DNA from: Mobula hypostoma
Taxonomy: Eukaryota
NCBI RefSeq assembly: GCF_963921235.1
Contig: NC_086097.1
Coordinates: 94,304,001-94,368,000, forward strand
Direction: 5' to 3'
DNA length: 64,000 nt
Below are positions 11,101 to 24,700 of the stretch, one piece after another (position 1 is the stretch's first letter; each line of letters begins with the position of its first letter). The translations under genes were made by a program, and so were the position numbers. The notes under the pieces were generated by a model. The model made no database searches. It was not told where the DNA came from and saw only the letters and a program-made list of their open reading frames with translations.

Positions 11101-11875
11101 AATAGATTCCAGTTAATTGGAACACATTGGGAACAGTTCATTTTGGCCAAATTAAGCAGCTGCCCCGTTTAGCTGAAGTTTCATGGAAATAGTTAAAAAG
11201 GTATAAAAAAGACAAACTGAGTAACAAATTATGCATCTAAATGAAATACAGAATATATTAGAACACTACCAATACTACTACGTACTATAAAACTGTATTA
11301 GTTCCTAATAGTTATCGATGGAGGGATTCATCTGCATTGTGTTCTTTTGACTGTAAATGAACAAAATTAGCGCAGACCCCTAGTGTAGATAATGGGCTGT
11401 CTCCATACAATGTCCTTCAAATTTTTATTTTCATTGTAACATTCAAGATAATTGTCTATACCTTCAAATTCTTTATAGTTCCTAACTTGTTGAAGTAGTG
11501 AAGTAGTTTCATTTTCACTCCCGGCTGTTGCTGGTATCTCCAACTCTGAATGCTTGAAACCACAGTGAACAAAACAGTTCTGAATTGTCTTACTGCTTAT
11601 TTCTAGCTAACTATCAGTCACAAAGATCACTGCTTTTTGAACACAAACACGCACAACCGGCGCTATTTAAAAACTGTTCGCTCTGAATGTAGTGTAGTGT
11701 CTAAAGGCCGCGTAAGTGCATGCAACTGATGCTAGTTAGAAACTGCTCGGCAACAGTCTCCTCTCCCAATTAATTGGCATAGTACCCCAAATAAAGGACT
11801 GTTCTTTGTTCTTTGAGCTGTCCCAAAAAGCAGCTTGCCTGATAAACCAATGGGCCAATTAACCAGAATCTGCTG
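11101..11875. mobile_element. Non-autonomous Tc1/mariner (Tigger/pogo-like) DNA transposon / MITE
   Basis: Terminal inverted repeats are aatagattccagttaattgg (11101-11120) and ccaattaaccagaatctgctg (11855-11875). TA lies immediately to the left and CA to the right (a mutated TA TSD). The interior is AT-rich with no transposase ORF. Confidence 0.7.
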
Positions 11876-11969
11876 CATTAATATATATTGCAATGAACTG
11901 AACACAATTTAACGTGTCCAATTGTGCTCCTTTAGACACAGACCTGAGAGCTGCTGCCTCCCAGTTTCA

Positions 11970-12221
<252 letters not shown>

Positions 12222-12398
12222 CTACTTATTTTTAGAAAGCAAAAGCATCCACACATGTGGATGTTTCTATCAAAATCAGCACATACACGCATCCTTCACT
12301 GCTCCCAAGGTGATGGTGCAGCCTGTGTGGGGAAGGCTCAGCCCGAGAGCTGTCAGCTCAACGTTTCTGTTTCTGCAACTAATTCCAAGCTGCCTTGG

Positions 12399-12990
12399 CT
12401 TATCGTGGGGCAGGGCAGGTACCGGCATTCTCATGTCGAGAATACTTATCGTGGGGCAGGGCAGGTACCGGCATTCTCATGTAGAGAGTGCTTATCGTGG
12501 GGCAGAGCAGGTACCGGCATTCTCATGTAGAGAATACTTATCGTGGGGCAGGGCAGGTACCGGCATTCTCATGTCGAGAGTGCTTATCGTGGGGCAGAGC
12601 AGGTACCGGCATTCTCATGTAGAGAATACTTATCGTGGGGCAGGGAAGGTACCGGTATTCTCATGTCGAGAATACTTATCGTGGGGCAGGGAAGGTACCG
12701 GCATTCTCATGTAGAGAGTGCTTATCGTGGGGCAGGGAAGGTACCGGTATTCTCATGTCGAGAATACTTATCGTGGGGCAGGGAAGGTACCGGCATTCTC
12801 ATGTAGAGAATACTTATCGTGGGGCAGGGCAGGTACCGGCATTCTCATGTCGAGAGTGCTTATCGTGGGGCAGGGCAGGTACCGGCATTCTCATGTAGAG
12901 AATACTTATCGTGGGGCAGGGAAGGTACCGGTATTCTCATGTCGAGAATACTTATCGTGGGGCAGGGAAGGTACCAGTATTCTCAAGTAG
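12399..12990. repeat. 46-bp minisatellite, ~13 copies (CTTATCGTGGGGCAGGGCAGGTACCGGCATTCTCATGTCGAGAATA)
   Basis: Direct reading of the tandem units, which differ at only a few variable positions (GGC/GAG/GGA, GC/GT, TC/TA, AATA/AGTG). Confidence 0.97.
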
Positions 12991-13194
12991 CAGATATTTG
13001 TGTCCTGGTGGTGGTGGTTAGTGAGTTGTTGGAGTACACCCTGTGGATGCTTCACACTGAAGCCACGTCACCTTGGTGGTGGTGAAAGGGGCACAGGTAA
13101 GCAGGCTGCTCTGTGCTGGATGTGTCGAGTTTTACAGAGCTGCTACACCACAGGACATCAGGTTTCTGATTTGTTCTTGGATTTTTCTTAAAAT

Positions 13195-13735
13195 TCAGGT
13201 GGCACGTCATCACCAAAGATTCTCAGCACCCAGGACATGCCCTTGTCTTGTTACTACCACCAGGGAGGAGTACAGGAGCTCGATTCAGGAACAGTCTCTT
13301 CCCCTCCACAATCAAATTGTTGAATTGCCTGTGAACACAACCTCATTATTCCTTTATTTTACATTATTTATATATTTCTGTCATGAACAGAGCAAGCACA
13401 AAAAGAGAAATAATGTCATGAAAAGGCAATGTAACTTCATTGGACATGTGATGAGGAAAGAGGAGTTAGAATGCACGGTAATTATGGGAAAGATTGAAGG
13501 GAAGAAAGCAAGAGGAAGACAAAGACAAATGATGATGGAGGCAGCAGCCAGAGAACTGGAAATGAATACCAATGAATTGATCCACTTGACCCGAAACAGG
13601 AGTGTGTGGGCCATGGCAGTCAAAACTCAAACTGGGCACGGCACCTGATGATGATGATGATATAATTCTGTAATTTATAGTAATTTTATGTCTGTAGGAT
13701 TCTGCTATGGCAAAACAACAAACTCCACAACCTTT
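13195..13735 (+). mobile_element. Old Rex1/Babar-like LINE 3' end, interrupted by an RTE insertion
   Basis: cacccaggacatgcccttgtcttgttactaccaccagggaggagtacaggagc (HPGHAL..LLPxGRxYRS), then cgattcaggaacagt.ttcccctcc (RFRNSxFPS) and an AT-rich 3' UTR that continues after 13671. Confidence 0.6.
13382..13660 (+). mobile_element. 5'-truncated RTE-clade LINE 3' end with (TGA)n tail and TSD
   Basis: Peptide KRQCNFIGHVMRKEELECTVIMGKIEGKKARGRQR...RNRSVW...GHGT* is an RTE C-terminus. The tail is tgatgatgatgatga, and the flanks tatatttctgt (13371-13381) and tataattctgt (13661-13671) form a TSD. Confidence 0.85.
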
Positions 13736-14419
13736 GTCTTTAATCCTGCTTTTAATTTCAAGCTCCCTCATAGACCATGATAAAAGTGGGGGTACACTGA
13801 TCTGGCAGTGGTTTGCACCTGAAATTAAAGGGGTCTGGAGTCACTGGGTATCAACAACAGATTTTGTTCTCAGTAAGACATCAAAAAAAAAGATTTTTTT
13901 CAATATAACAATTTGGGGGTTTCATGCTCAGCCTTAGACTGAATGGCCTTTTCTTTAAAACTCTAGATTAAAAATTACTTAAATTAAAGCTGCCCTGTTA
14001 CCGTGGAAAAATGAAATCTATGTCTCAAAATCAAAGACCTATGCCTGATTACTAGACTGGCTGGTCAGTAAGGTGTTTGGGCAGCATCTGCTGGGTGTTA
14101 ATGGTGAGGTGTGTGTCATTTAGAGAAATAGCGAAGACCCAGTGGCATGAGCTGGGGTGTCTCGCACACTGTGATCAGTGACAGGGAACATTCAGGCTGG
14201 TGAACAGCGACTTTCCTCCAGCACCGACAGGGGTTTGTGCCTATGTCTCTGTACAGCCACCAGGGGGCGGGCTGAGCACACGAAAATGGGAATCACTCCG
14301 GGTTGTATGGTGGGGTCCCAGTGGGACTGGCAACATCTACACGACTGATTTTCATTCACACAGTGTGGGGAAAAGCACATTCTTGTTGAGGCAAGAGAGT
14401 TTCCAGTATTGTGGTCTTA

Positions 14420-15398
<979 letters not shown>

Positions 15399-15715
15399 GT
15401 CCATGTATTACAGTACTTCGACCTTCAGAATAAAAGACAGCTCAGCCAAGAACCGCAAGTCAATGCATCAAATTTTATTCTAGCAGTGAGTGGCACACCA
15501 GAGAGTTATATTGATAGGCATATCAGGCTGTTGCATTGTGGGGTGGAGGCACGCCAGAGCGTCACAGTGAGGGGTAGAAAGTATATCAGAGTGCTACCGT
15601 GAGCATGGTCAAATTTATCAAATTGAAGTCATTGTAGTGAGTTTGTGGTACATTTCTGAGGTTTCTGGAAGGTACGCGGGATATACCTGCTGGTGGATTT
15701 TGAGCCACATCATTG

Positions 15716-18700
15716 CTGTGTTTGTGTATAGAGTGTGTGTCTGCGTATGGGTATGGAGTGAGTGTCTGTGTGTGTTTGGGTATGGAGCGAGTGTGTGTCC
15801 GTGTTTGGGTACGGAGCGAGTGTGTGTCCGTGTTTGGGTACGGAGCGAGTGTGTGTCCGTGTTTGGGTACGGAGCGAGTGTGTGTCCGTGTTTGGGTATG
15901 GAGTGAGTGTGTGTCTGTGTTTGGGTACGGAGTGAGTGTGTGTTTGGGTATGGAGCGAGTGTGTGTCTGCGTATGGGTATGGAGCGAGTGTGTGTGTGTG
16001 TTTGGGTATGGAGAGCGTGTGTGTCCGTGTTTGGGTACGGAGCGAGTGTGTGTCCGTGTTTGGGTATGGAGTGAGTGTGTGTCTGTGTTTGGGTATGGAG
16101 TGAGTGTGTGTCTGCGTATGGGTATGGAGTGAGTGTGTGTGTGTTTGGGTATGGAGCGAGTGTGTGTCCGTGTTTGGGTATGGAGCGAGTGTGTGTCCGT
16201 GTTTGGGTATGGAGTGAGTGTGTGTCTGTGTTTGGGTATGGAGTGAGTGTGTGTCTGCGTTTGGGTATGGAGTGAGTGTGTGTCTGCGTATGGGTATGGA
16301 GTGAGTGTGTGTGTGTTTGGGTATGGAGCGAGTGTGTGTCCGTGTTTGGGTATGGAGCGAGTGTGTGTCCGTGTTTGGGTATGGAGTGAGTGTGTGTCTG
16401 TGTTTGGGTATGGAGTGAGTGTGTGTCTGTGTTTGGGTATGGAGTGAGTGTGTGTCTGTGTTTGGGTATGGAGTGAGTGTGTGTGTTTGGGTATAGAGTG
16501 AGTGTGTGTGTGTTTGGGTATGGAGCGAGTGTGTGTCTGTGTTTGGGTACGGAGTGTGTGTGTGTTTGGGTATGGAGTGAGTGTGTGTGTGTTTGGGTAT
16601 GGAGTGAGTGTGTGTGTGTTTGGGTATGGAGTGAGTGTGCGTCCGTGTGTGGGTATGGAGTGAGTGTGTGTCTGTGTTTGGGTATGGAGTGAGTGTGTGT
16701 GTGTTTGGGTATGGAGTGAGTGTGTGTGTGTTTGGGTATGGAGTGAGTGTGTGTGTGTTTGGGTATGGAGTGAGTGTGTGTCTGTGTTTGGGTATGGAGT
16801 GAGTGTGTGTCTGTGTTTGGGTATGGAGTGAGTGTGTGTGTGTTTGGGTATGGAGTGAGTGTGTGTCTGTGTTTGGGTATGGAGTGAGTGTGTGTCTGTG
16901 TTTGGGTATGGAGTGAGTGTGTGTGTTTGGGTATGGAGTGAGTGTGTGTCTGTGTTTGGGTATGGAGTGAGTGTGTGTGTGTTTGGGTATGGAGTGAGTG
17001 TCTGTGTTTGGGTACGGAGCGAGTGTGTGTCTGTGTTTGGGTACGGAGTGAGTGTGTGTTTGGGTATGGAGCGAGTGTGTGTCCGTGTTTGGGTATGGAG
17101 CGAGTGTGTGTCTGTGTTTGGGTATGGAGTGAGTGTGTGTCTGTGTTTGGGTATGGAGTGAGTGTCTGTGTTTGGGTATGGAGTGAGTGTGTGTCCGTGT
17201 TTGGGTATGGAGTGAGTGTGTGTCCGTGTTTGGGTACGGAGCGAGTGTGTGTCCGTGTTTGGGTATGGAGTGAGTGTGTGTCTGTGTTTGGGTATGGAGT
17301 GAGTGTGTGTCTGTGTTTGGGTATGGAGTGAGTGTGTGTGTGTTTGGGTATGGAGCGAGTGTGTGTCCGTGTTTGGGTATGGAGCGAGTGTGTGTCCGTG
17401 TTTGGGTATGGAGTGAGTGTGTGTCTGTGTTTGGGTATGGAGTGAGTGTGTGTCTGTGTTTGGGTATGGAGTGAGTGTGTGTCTGTGTTTGGGTATGGAG
17501 TGAGTGTGTGTGTGTTTGGGTATGGAGCGAGTGTGTGTCCGTGTTTGGGTATGGAGCGAGTGTGTGTCCGTGTTTGGGTATGGAGTGAGTGTGTGTCTGT
17601 GTTTGGGTATGGAGTGAGTGTGTGTCTGTGTTTGGGTACGGAGTGAGTGTGTGTCTGTGTTTGGGTACGGAGTGAGTGTGTGTCTGTGTTTGGGTATGGA
17701 GTGAGTGTGTGTCTGTGTTTGGGTATGGAGTGAGTGTGTGTGTGTTTGGGTATGGAGTGAGTGTGTGTCTGTGTTTGGGTATGGAGCGAGTGTGTGTGTG
17801 TGTTTGGGTATGGAGTGAGTGTGTGTGTGTTTGGGTATGGAGTGAGTGTGTGTCTGTGTTTGGGTATGGAGTGAGTGTGTGTCTGTGTTTGGGTATGGAG
17901 TGAGTGTGTGTGTGTTTGGGTATGGAGTGAGTGTGTGTGTGTTTGGGTATGGAGTGAGTGTGTGTGTGTTTGGGTATGGAGTGAGTGTGTGTCTGTGTTT
18001 GGGTATGGAGTGAGTGTGTGTCTGTGTTTGGGTATGGAGTGTGTGTGTGTGTGTTTGGGTATGGAGTGAGTGTGTGTGTGTTTGGGTATGGAGTGAGTGT
18101 GTGTGTGTTTGGGTTAGGAGTGAGTGTGTGTGTGTTTGGGTATGGAGTGAGTGTGTGTGTGTTTGGGTTTGGAGTGAGTGTGTGTGTGTTTGGGTATGGA
18201 GCGAGTGTGTGTCCGTGTTTGGGTATGGAGCGAGTGTGTGTCCGTGTTTGGGTACGGAGTGAGTGTGTGTCCGTGTTTGGGTACGGAGTGAGTGTGTGTC
18301 CGTGTTTGGGTATGGAGTGAGTGTGTGTCTGTGTTTGGGTATGGAGTGAGTGTGTGTCTGTGTTTGGGTATGGAGTGAGTGTGTGTCTGTGTTTGGGTAT
18401 GGAGTGAGTGTGTGTCTGTGTTTGGGTATGGAGCGAGTGTGTGTCCGTGTTTGGGTATGGAGCGAGTGTGTGTCTGTGTTTGGGTATGGAGCGAGTGTGT
18501 GTGTGTGTTTGGGTATGGAGTGAGTGTGTGTGTGTTTGGGTATGGAGTGAGTGTGTGTCTGTGTTTGGGTATGGAGTGAGTGTGTGTCTGTGTTTGGGTA
18601 TGGAGTGAGTGTGTGTCTGTGTTTGGGTATGGAGTGAGTGTGTGTCTGTGTTTGGGTATGGAGTGAGTGTGTGTCTGTGTTTGGGTATGGAGCGAGTGTG

Positions 18701-21700
18701 TGTGTGTGTTTGGGTATGGAGTGAGTGTGTGTGTGTTTGGGTATGGAGTGAGTGTGTGTCTGTGTTTGGGTATGGAGTGAGTGTGTGTGTGTTTGGGTAT
18801 GGAGTGAGTGTGTGTGTGTTTGGGTATGGAGTGAGTGTGTGTGTGTTTGGGTATGGAGTGAGTGTGTGTGTGTTTGGGTATGGAGTGAGTGTGTGTCTGT
18901 GTTTGGGTATGGAGTGAGTGTGTGTCTGTGTTTGGGTATGGAGTGAGTGTGTGTGTGTTTGGGTATGGAGTGAGTGTGTGTGTGTTTGGGTATGGAGTGA
19001 GTGAGTGTGTGTGTGTTTGGGTATGGAGTGAGTGTGTGTCTGTGTTTGGGTATGGAGTGAGTGTGTGTGTGTTTGGGTATGGAGTGTGTGTGTGTGTTTG
19101 GGTATGGAGTGAGTGTGTGTCCGTGTTTGGGTATGGAGCGAGTGTGTGTCCGTGTTTGGGTATGGAGTGAGTGTGTGTCCGTGTTTGGGTATGGAGTGAG
19201 TGTGTGTCTGTGTTTGGGTATGGAGTGAGTGTGTGTCTGTGTTTGGGTATGGAGTGAGTGTGTGTCTGTGTTTGGGTATGGAGTGAGTGTGTGTCTGTGT
19301 TTGGGTATGGAGTGAGTGTGTGTGTGTTTGGGTAAGGAGTGAGTGTGTGTCTGTGTTTGGGTATGGAGTGAGTGTGTGTCTGTGTTTGGGTATGGAGTGA
19401 GTGTGTGTGTGTGTTTGGGTATGGAGTGAGTGTGTGTCTGTGTTTGGGTATGGAGCGAGTGTGTGTGTGTGTTTGGGTATGGAGTGAGTGTGTGTGTGTT
19501 TGGGTATGGAGTGAGTGTGTGTCTGTGTTTGGGTATGGAGTGAGTGTGTGTCTGTGTTTGGGTATGGAGTGAGTGTGTGTGTGTTTGGGTATGGAGTGAG
19601 TGTGTGTCTGTGTTTGGGTATGGAGTGAGTGTGTGTGTGTTTGGGTATGGAGTGAGTGTGTGTCTGTGTTTGGGTATGGAGTGAGTGTGTGTCTGTGTTT
19701 GGGTATGGAGTGTGTGTGTGTGTGTTTGGGTATGGAGTGAGTGTGTGTTTGGGTATGGAGCCAGTGTGTGTCCGTGTTTGGGTATGGAGCGAGTGTGTGT
19801 GTGTTTGGGTATGGAGAGAGTGTGTGTCTGTGTTTGGGTATGGAGTGAGTGTGTGTGTGTTTGGGTATGGAGTGAGTGTGTGTCTGTGTTTGGGTATGGA
19901 GTGAGTGTGTGTGTGTTTGGGTATGGAGCGAGTGTGTGTCCGTGTTTGGGTATGGAGCGAGTGTGTGTCTGTGTTTGGGTATAGAGTGAGTGTGTGTCTG
20001 TGTTTGGGTATGGAGTGAGTGTCTGTGTTTGGGTATGGAGTGAGTGTGTGTCCGTGTTTGGGTATGGAGTGAGTGTGTGTCTGTGTTTGGGTATGGAGTG
20101 AGTGGCTGTGTGTTTGGGTATGGAGTGAGTGTGTGTCTGTGTTTGGGTATGGAGTGAGTGTGTGTCTGTGTTTGGGTATGGAGTGAGTGTGTGTCTGTGT
20201 TTGGGTATGGAGTGAGTGTGTGTGTGTTTGGGTATGGAGCGAGTGTGTGTCCGTGTTTGGGTATGGAGTGAGTGTGTGTCCGTGTTTGGGTATGGAGTGA
20301 GTGTGTGTCTGTGTTTGGGTATGGAGTGAGTGTGTGTCTGTGTTTGGGTATGGAGTGAGTGTGTGTCTGTGTTTGGGTATGGAGCGAGTGTGTGTCTGTG
20401 TTTGGGTATGGAGCGAGTGTGTGTGTGTGTTTGGGTATGGAGTGAGTGTGTGTGTGTTTGGGTATGGAGTGAGTGTGTGTCTGTGTTTGGGTAATGGAGT
20501 GAGTGTGTGTGTGTTTGGGTAAGGAGTGAGTGTGTGTGTGTTTGGGTATGGAGTGAGTGTGTGTGTGTTTGGGTATGGAGTGAGTGTGTGTTTGGGTATG
20601 GAGTGAGTGTGTGTCTGTGTTTGGGTATGGAGTGAGTGTGTGTCTGTGTTTGGGTATGGAGTGTGTGTGTGTGTGTTTGGGTATGGAGTGAGTGTGTGTG
20701 TGTTTGGGTATGGAGTGAGTGTGTGTGTGTTTGGGTATGGAGTGAGTGTGCGTGTTTGGGTATGGAGTGAGTGTGTGTGTTTGGGTATGGAGTGAGTGTG
20801 TGTGTTTGGGTACGGAGTGAGTGTGTGTCCGTGTTTGGGTATGGAGCGAGTGTGTGTCCGTGTTTGGGTATGGAGTGAGTGTCTGTGTTTGGGTACGGAG
20901 CGAGTGTGTGTCTGTGTTTGGGTACGGAGTGAGTGTGTGTATGTGTTTGGGTATGGAGTGAGTGTGTGTCTGTGTTTGGGTATGGAGTGAGTGTGTGTCT
21001 GTGTTTGGGTATGGAGTGAGTGTGTGTCTGTGTTTGGGTATGGAGTGAGTGTGTGTCCGTGTTTGGGTATGGAGTGAGTGTGTGTCTGTGTTTGGGTATG
21101 GAGCGAGTGTGTGTGTGTGTTTGGGTATGGAGTGAGTGTCTGTGTTTGGGTATGGAGCGAGTGTGTGTGTGTGTTTGGGTATGGAGTGAGTGTGTGTCTG
21201 TGTTTGGGTATGGAGTGAGTGTGTGTCTGTGTTTGGGTATGGAGTGAGTGTGTGTCTGTGTTTGGGTATGGAGTGAGTGTGTGTGTGTTTGGGTATGGAG
21301 TGAGTGTGTGTCCGTGTTTGGGTATGGAGTGAGTGTGTGTGTGTTTGGGTATGGAGTGAGTGTGTGTCTGTGTTTGGGTATGGAGTGAGTGTGTGTCTGT
21401 GTTTGGGTATGGAGTGAGTGTGTGTGTGTTTGGGTATGGAGTGAGTGTGTGTCTGTGTTTGGGTATGGAGTGAGTGTGTGTCTGTGTTTGGGTATGGAGT
21501 GAGTGTGTGTCTGTGTTTGGGTATGGAGAGAGTGTGTGTGTGTGTTTGGGTATGGAGTGAGTGTGTGTGTGTTTGTGTATGGAGTGAGTGTGTGTCTGTG
21601 TTTGGGTATGGAGTGAGTGTGTGTGTGTTTGGGTAAGGAGCGAGTGTGTGTCTGTGTTTGGGTACGGAGTGAGTGTGTGTTTGGGTATGGAGTGAGTGTG

Positions 21701-24700
21701 TGTCCGTGTTTGGGTATGGAGTGAGTGTGTGTCTGTGTTTGGGTATGGAGTGAGTGTGTGTCTGTGTTTGGGTATGGAGTGAGTGTGTGTGTGTTTGGGT
21801 ATGGAGTGAGTGTGTGTCCGTGTTTGGGTATGGAGTGAGTGTGTGTCTGTGTTTGGGTATGGAGTGAGTGTGTGTGTTTGGGTATGGAGCGAGTGTGTGT
21901 CTGTGTTTGGGTATGGAGTGAGTGTGTGTGTGTTTGGGTAAGGAGTGAGTGTGTGTCTGTGTTTGGGTATGGAGTGAGTGTGTGTGTGTTTGGGTATGGA
22001 GTGAGTGTGTGTCTGTGTTTGGGTATGGAGTGAGTGTGTGTCTGTGTTTGGAGCGAGTGTGTGTCCGTGTTTGGGTATGGAGCGAGTGTGTGTCTGTGTT
22101 TGGGTATGGAGCGAGTGTGTGTCTGTGTTTGGGTATGGAGCGAGTGTGTGTCTGTGTTTGGGTATGGAGCGAGTGTGTGTGTGTGTTTGGGCTTGGAGTT
22201 TGTGTCTGTGTTTGGGTAACAAGTGAGTGTGTGTCTGTGTTTTGGTATGGAGTGAGTGTGTGTCTGTGTTTGGGTATGGAGTGAGTGTGTGTCTGTGTTT
22301 GGGTATGGAGTGAGTGTGTGTCTGTGTTTGGGTATGGAGTGAGTGTGTGTGTTTGGGTATGGAGTGAGTGTGTGTCTGTGTTTGGGTATGGAGTGAGTGT
22401 GTGTCTGTGTTTGGGTATGGAGTGAGTGTGTGTGTGTTTGGGTATGGAGTGAGTGTGTGTTTGGGTATGGAGCGAGTGTGTGTCCGTGTTTGGGTATGGA
22501 GCGAGTGTGTGTCTGTGTTTGGGTATGGAGCGAGTGTGTGTGTGTGTTTGGGTATGGAGTGAGTGTGTGTGTGTTTGGGTATGGAGTGAGTGTGTGTCTG
22601 TGTTTGGGTATGGAGTGAGTGTGTGTGTGTTTGGGTACGGAGCGAGTGTGTGTCTGTGTTTGGGTACGGAGTGAGTGTGTGTTTGGGTATGGAGCGAGTG
22701 TGTGTCCGTGTTTGGGTATGGAGCGAGTGTGTGTCTGTGTTTGGGTATGGAGTGAGTGTGTGTCTGTGTTTGGGTATGGAGTGAGTGTCTGTGTTTGGGT
22801 ATGGAGTGAGTGTGTGTCCGTGTTTGGGTATGGAGTGAGTGTGTGTCTGTGTTTGGGTATGGAGTGAGTGTCTGTGTTTGGGTAAGGAGTGAGTGTGTGT
22901 CTGTGTTTGGGTATGGAGTGAGTGTGTGTGTGTTTGGGTATGGAGTGAGTGTGTGTGTGTTTGGGTATGGAGTGAGTGTGTGTGTGTTTGGGTATGGAGT
23001 GAGTGTGTGTCTGTGTTTGGGTATGGAGTGTGTGTGTGTGTTTGGGTATGGAGCGAGTGTGTGTCCGTGTTTGGGTATGGAGCGAGTGTGTGTCTGTGTT
23101 TGGGTATGGAGCGAGTGTGTGTCTGTGTTTGGGTATGGAGTGAGTGTGTGTCTGTGTTTGGGTATGGAGTGAGTGTGTGTGTGTGTTTGGGTATGGAGTG
23201 AGTGTGTGTCTGTGTTTGGGTATGGAGTGAGTGTGTGTCTGTGTTTGGGTATGGAGTGAGTGTGTGTCTGTGTTTGGGTATGGAGTGAGTGTGTGTCTGT
23301 GTTTGGGTATGGAGTGAGTGTGTGTCCGTGTTTGGGTATGGAGTGAGTGTGTGTGTTTGGGTATGGAGTGAGTGTGTGTCTGTGTTTGGGTATGGAGTGA
23401 GTGTGTGTTTGGGTATGGAGCAAGTGTGTGTCCGTGTTTGGGTATGGAGCGAGTGTGTGTCTGTGTTTGGGTATGGAGTGAGTGTCTGTGTTTGGGTATG
23501 GAGTGAGTGTGTGTCCGTGTTTGGGTATGGAGTGAGTGTGTGTCTGTGTTTGGGTATGGAGTGAGTGTCTGTGTTTGGGTACGGAGCGAGTGTGTGTCCA
23601 TGTTTGGGTACGGAGCGAGTGTGTGTCCATGTTTGGGTATGGAGCGAGTGTGTGTCCATGTTTGGGTATGGAGCGAGTGTGTGTCCGTGTTTGGGTATGG
23701 AGCGAGTGTGTGTCCGTGTTTGGCTATGGAGTGAGTGTCTGTGTCTGGGTATGGAGCGAGTGTGTGTCTGTGTTTGGGTATGGAGTGAGTGTGTGTGTGT
23801 TTGGGTAAGGTGTGAGTGTGTGTCTGTGTTTGGGTATGGAGTGAGTGTGTGTCTGTGTTTGGGTATGGAGTGAGTGTGTGTGTTTGGGTATGGAGTGAGT
23901 GTGTGTGTTTGGGTATGGAGTGAGTGTGTGTCTGTGTTTGGGTATAGAGTGAGTGTGTGTCTGTGTTTGGGTATGGAGTGAGTGTGTGTTTGGGTATGGA
24001 GCGAGTGTGTGTCCGTGTTTGGGTATGGAGCGAGTGTGTGTCTGTGTTTGGGTATGGAGCGAGTGTGTGTGTGTGTTTGTGCATGGAGTTTGTGTCTGTG
24101 TTTGGGTATGGAGCGAGTGTGTGTCTGTGTTTGGGTATGGAGCGAGTGTGTGTGTGTGTTTGGGCATGGAGTTTGTGTCTGTGTTTGGGTATGGAGCGAG
24201 TGTGTGTCCGTGTTTGGGTATGGAGCGAGTGTGTGTCCGTGTTTGGCTATGGAGTGAGTGTCTGTGTCTGGGTATGGAGCGAGTGTGTGTCTGTGTCTGG
24301 GTATGGAGTGAGTGTGTGTGTGTTTGGGTACGGAGTGAGTGTCTGTGTTTGGGTACGGAGTGAGTGTGTGTTTGGGTATGGAGCGAGTGTGTGTCCATGT
24401 TTGGGTACGGAGCGAGTGTGTGTCCATGTTTGGGTATGGAGCGAGTGTGTGTCCGTGTTTGGGTATGGAGCGAGTGTGTGTCCGTGTTTGGCTATGGAGT
24501 GAGTGTCTGTGTCTGGGTATGGAGCGAGTGTGTGTCTGTGTTTGGGTATGGAGTGAGTGTGTGTGTGTTTGGGTAAGGAGTGAGTGTGTGTCTGTGTTTG
24601 GGTATGGAGTGAGTGTGTGTCTGTGTTTGGGTATGGAGTGAGTGTGTGTGTGTTTGGGTATGGAGTGAGTGTGTGTGTGTTTGGGTATGGAGTGAGTGTG

